A stretch of 64,000 nt of DNA from Synergistota bacterium (GTDB taxonomy: Bacteria > Synergistota > Synergistia > Synergistales > 79-D21): assembly GCA_022839995.1 (NCBI GenBank), contig JALHIN010000008.1:120-64119 (forward strand), read 5' to 3'. Shown here in pieces: positions 62,504 through 64,000 of the stretch. The notes beneath the pieces were generated by a model that was not told the origin of the DNA, searched no databases, and saw only the letters and a program-made list of their open reading frames with translations. Within the stretch, counting starts at the first letter, position 1. Each line of letters opens with the position of its first letter. The position numbers and the translations under genes are program-made.

Positions 62504-63922
62504 ATGGAGCGAGTCAAAAAGCTCGGTTTGGTCTTGGGTATTGCACTCTTGTTCATCGGGATTGTCTACACCGCACCACAATCTTTCAAACCCGCCGTGA
62601 CTCCGGCCGTTTCGCAGGACGTTTTCACCGGGAACCCGGTGGCCGCCATTGCCAGCAAATCTTCTCCCGCAGTGGTGAACATCGATACGAAGACGCTGGT
62701 CAGGCGTTCTTTTTCGCCTTTTGGAGACGATCCGTTCCTGAGACAGTTCTTCGGTGACCAGATGGACCTGTTTTCCAGGGTCGTTCCAATGGAAGGAAAG
62801 GGGTCGGGTTTCATCGTAAGCCCGGATGGGATGATCCTGACGAACAACCATGTGGTCGACGGTGCCGACTCGGTGACGGTCACGCTGGCGGACGGGAGGC
62901 GTTTCAATGCGGAAATCGTCGGCAAGGATCCGACCTATGACCTGGCAGTGATCCGAATCAAGGCAGCCAACCTTCCGGTCCTGAAGATGGGAGATTCGGA
63001 CCGGACCCAGGTGGGGGAGTGGGTTGTCGCGATCGGGAACCCCTTCGGGCTTGAGCATACCGTTACGGTTGGGGTCATTTCCGCCAAAAACCGGAGCATA
63101 CGGCTGGAAAGGCTCAATTTCGACGGATTTTTCCAAACCGACGCGGCAATCAACCCGGGGAACAGCGGCGGTCCGCTGATCAACCTGGATAACCAGGTGA
63201 TCGGGATCAACACGGCAATCGTCCCTTATGCCCAGGGAATCGGGTTTGCGATCCCGATCAACGTTGCCAAGCAGGTCATGAATGATCTCGTCCGGTTTGG
63301 CCGGGTGAAGCGAGCCTGGTTGGGGGTCTACATGCAGCCGATCACTCCCGACATCGTGGAGGTCTTTGGCCTGAAGTCCTCGGAAGGGGCCCTTGTCAGC
63401 GACGTGGTTCCCGACTCCCCGGCGGAGAAGGCTGGCATTCAGAGGGGAGACATCATTCGGAAAGCCGGGAATCAAACGATCAAATCTCCTGATGACCTGT
63501 CGAACGCCGTCAGGAAACAGGCAGCTGGAGACAACCTTAAGCTTGAAATCCTGAGGGATGGGAAAACCTTGAACCTGAGCGCAAAACTGGAAGAAATGCC
63601 GCAGGAGCGAAGCCTTGGCGCCGACACCCAGCAAAGGATCGGCAACCGGCTCGGCCTCCAGGTCGGCAATTTGGACCCCAAAAACCGGCAGAGGTTCCAG
63701 CTGCCGGCTCTCCAGGGCGTTGTCGTCCTGGGTGTCGAGGACGGGTCCCCTGCCCAAAAGGCCGGGCTGCAGCCCGGTGACGTCATCCAGGGAGTCAACG
63801 GAAGGGCGGTCCGAGACCTTGTTTCCTGGGAAAGGGCGATGGGCCAGGCTAGAGGGAAAAACGTGGTCCTTCTCGTCTGGCGGGAAGGTCGAACCACTTT
63901 CGTGCCCTTGAAAGCCCGTTGA
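62504..63922 (+). CDS. htrA: HtrA/DegP-family serine protease with two PDZ domains
   Basis: N-terminal TM. GSGFIVSPDGMILTNNHVV (His), YDLAVIRI (Asp), GNSGGPL (Ser), two PDZ-like blocks (GALVSDVVPDSPAEKAGIQRGD, GVVVLGVEDGSPAQKAGLQPGD). Confidence 0.93.
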   Translation: MERVKKLGLVLGIALLFIGIVYTAPQSFKPAVTPAVSQDVFTGNPVAAIASKSSPAVVNIDTKTLVRRSFSPFGDDPFLRQFFGDQMDLFSRVVPMEGKGSGFIVSPDGMILTNNHVVDGADSVTVTLADGRRFNAEIVGKDPTYDLAVIRIKAANLPVLKMGDSDRTQVGEWVVAIGNPFGLEHTVTVGVISAKNRSIRLERLNFDGFFQTDAAINPGNSGGPLINLDNQVIGINTAIVPYAQGIGFAIPINVAKQVMNDLVRFGRVKRAWLGVYMQPITPDIVEVFGLKSSEGALVSDVVPDSPAEKAGIQRGDIIRKAGNQTIKSPDDLSNAVRKQAAGDNLKLEILRDGKTLNLSAKLEEMPQERSLGADTQQRIGNRLGLQVGNLDPKNRQRFQLPALQGVVVLGVEDGSPAQKAGLQPGDVIQGVNGRAVRDLVSWERAMGQARGKNVVLLVWREGRTTFVPLKAR

Positions 63923-63945
63923 AAGGGAAACGGACCAAAACAGCC

Positions 63946-63976
63946 AGCCGGAGGGGCTGAAACCCCTCCGGCTTTC
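63946..63976 (+). terminator. terminator-like hairpin after htrA
   Basis: AGCCGGAGGGG-CTGAAA-CCCCTCCGGCT, 11-bp stem followed by TTTC (short U-tract). Confidence 0.55.
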
Positions 63977-64000
63977 AGGCTGCGGGGAAACGAACCCGAA

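Noticed and set aside
1-64000. CRISPR arrays, transposases/integrases, prophage genes, tRNA/rRNA genes, known defence-system genes
   Set aside because: I saw no regularly spaced repeats, no recombinase/transposase-like translations in the track, no cloverleaf-like sequence in intergenic gaps over 60 nt, and no nuclease/ATPase pairs typical of defence islands. This was a visual scan only; tRNAscan/Infernal, a CRISPR finder and DefenseFinder should confirm it.

Overview
GC-rich, very gene-dense bacterial chromosome segment of about 90 genes. I found no rRNA, tRNA, CRISPR, transposase or integrase. The first 18 kb is the complete S10-spc-alpha ribosomal superoperon (rpsJ, cut by the window edge, through rplQ, including secY-adk-map-infA-rpmJ). 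It runs straight into ecfA1-ecfA2-ecfT-truA, a Bacillota-like arrangement. The rest is mostly housekeeping: mreB, metK, comFC, a livJHMGF branched-chain amino-acid ABC operon, an eight-gene his operon (hisD-Z-G-B-H-A-F-IE), radA, nfeD-SPFH, leuS-holA, rpsT, dinG and rpmH-rnpA-yidD-yidC-jag-htrA. Small accessory patches lie between these. The most interesting patch is a tightly coupled module at 34.4-37.9 kb: DRTGG / GHKL-kinase / [FeFe]-hydrogenase-like Fe-S protein / DRTGG / PHP. It looks like a metallo-sensor signalling system, possibly sensing H2 or redox state, and no hydrogenase structural genes are nearby. Other points worth a second look:
- an orphan prepilin-like gene next to an acetoacetate-decarboxylase-family gene;
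- a zinc-ribbon mini-protein translationally coupled to a GNAT;
- a terminator-like hairpin 20 nt upstream of metK;
- a near-consensus PerR-type box over a near-consensus rubrerythrin promoter;
- zinc-ribbon forms of several ribosomal proteins, including L24;
- an OmpH/Skp gene, which hints at an outer membrane, in an otherwise Firmicutes-like gene order.
All calls rest on reading the ORF translations and the DNA by eye. No database search was run.
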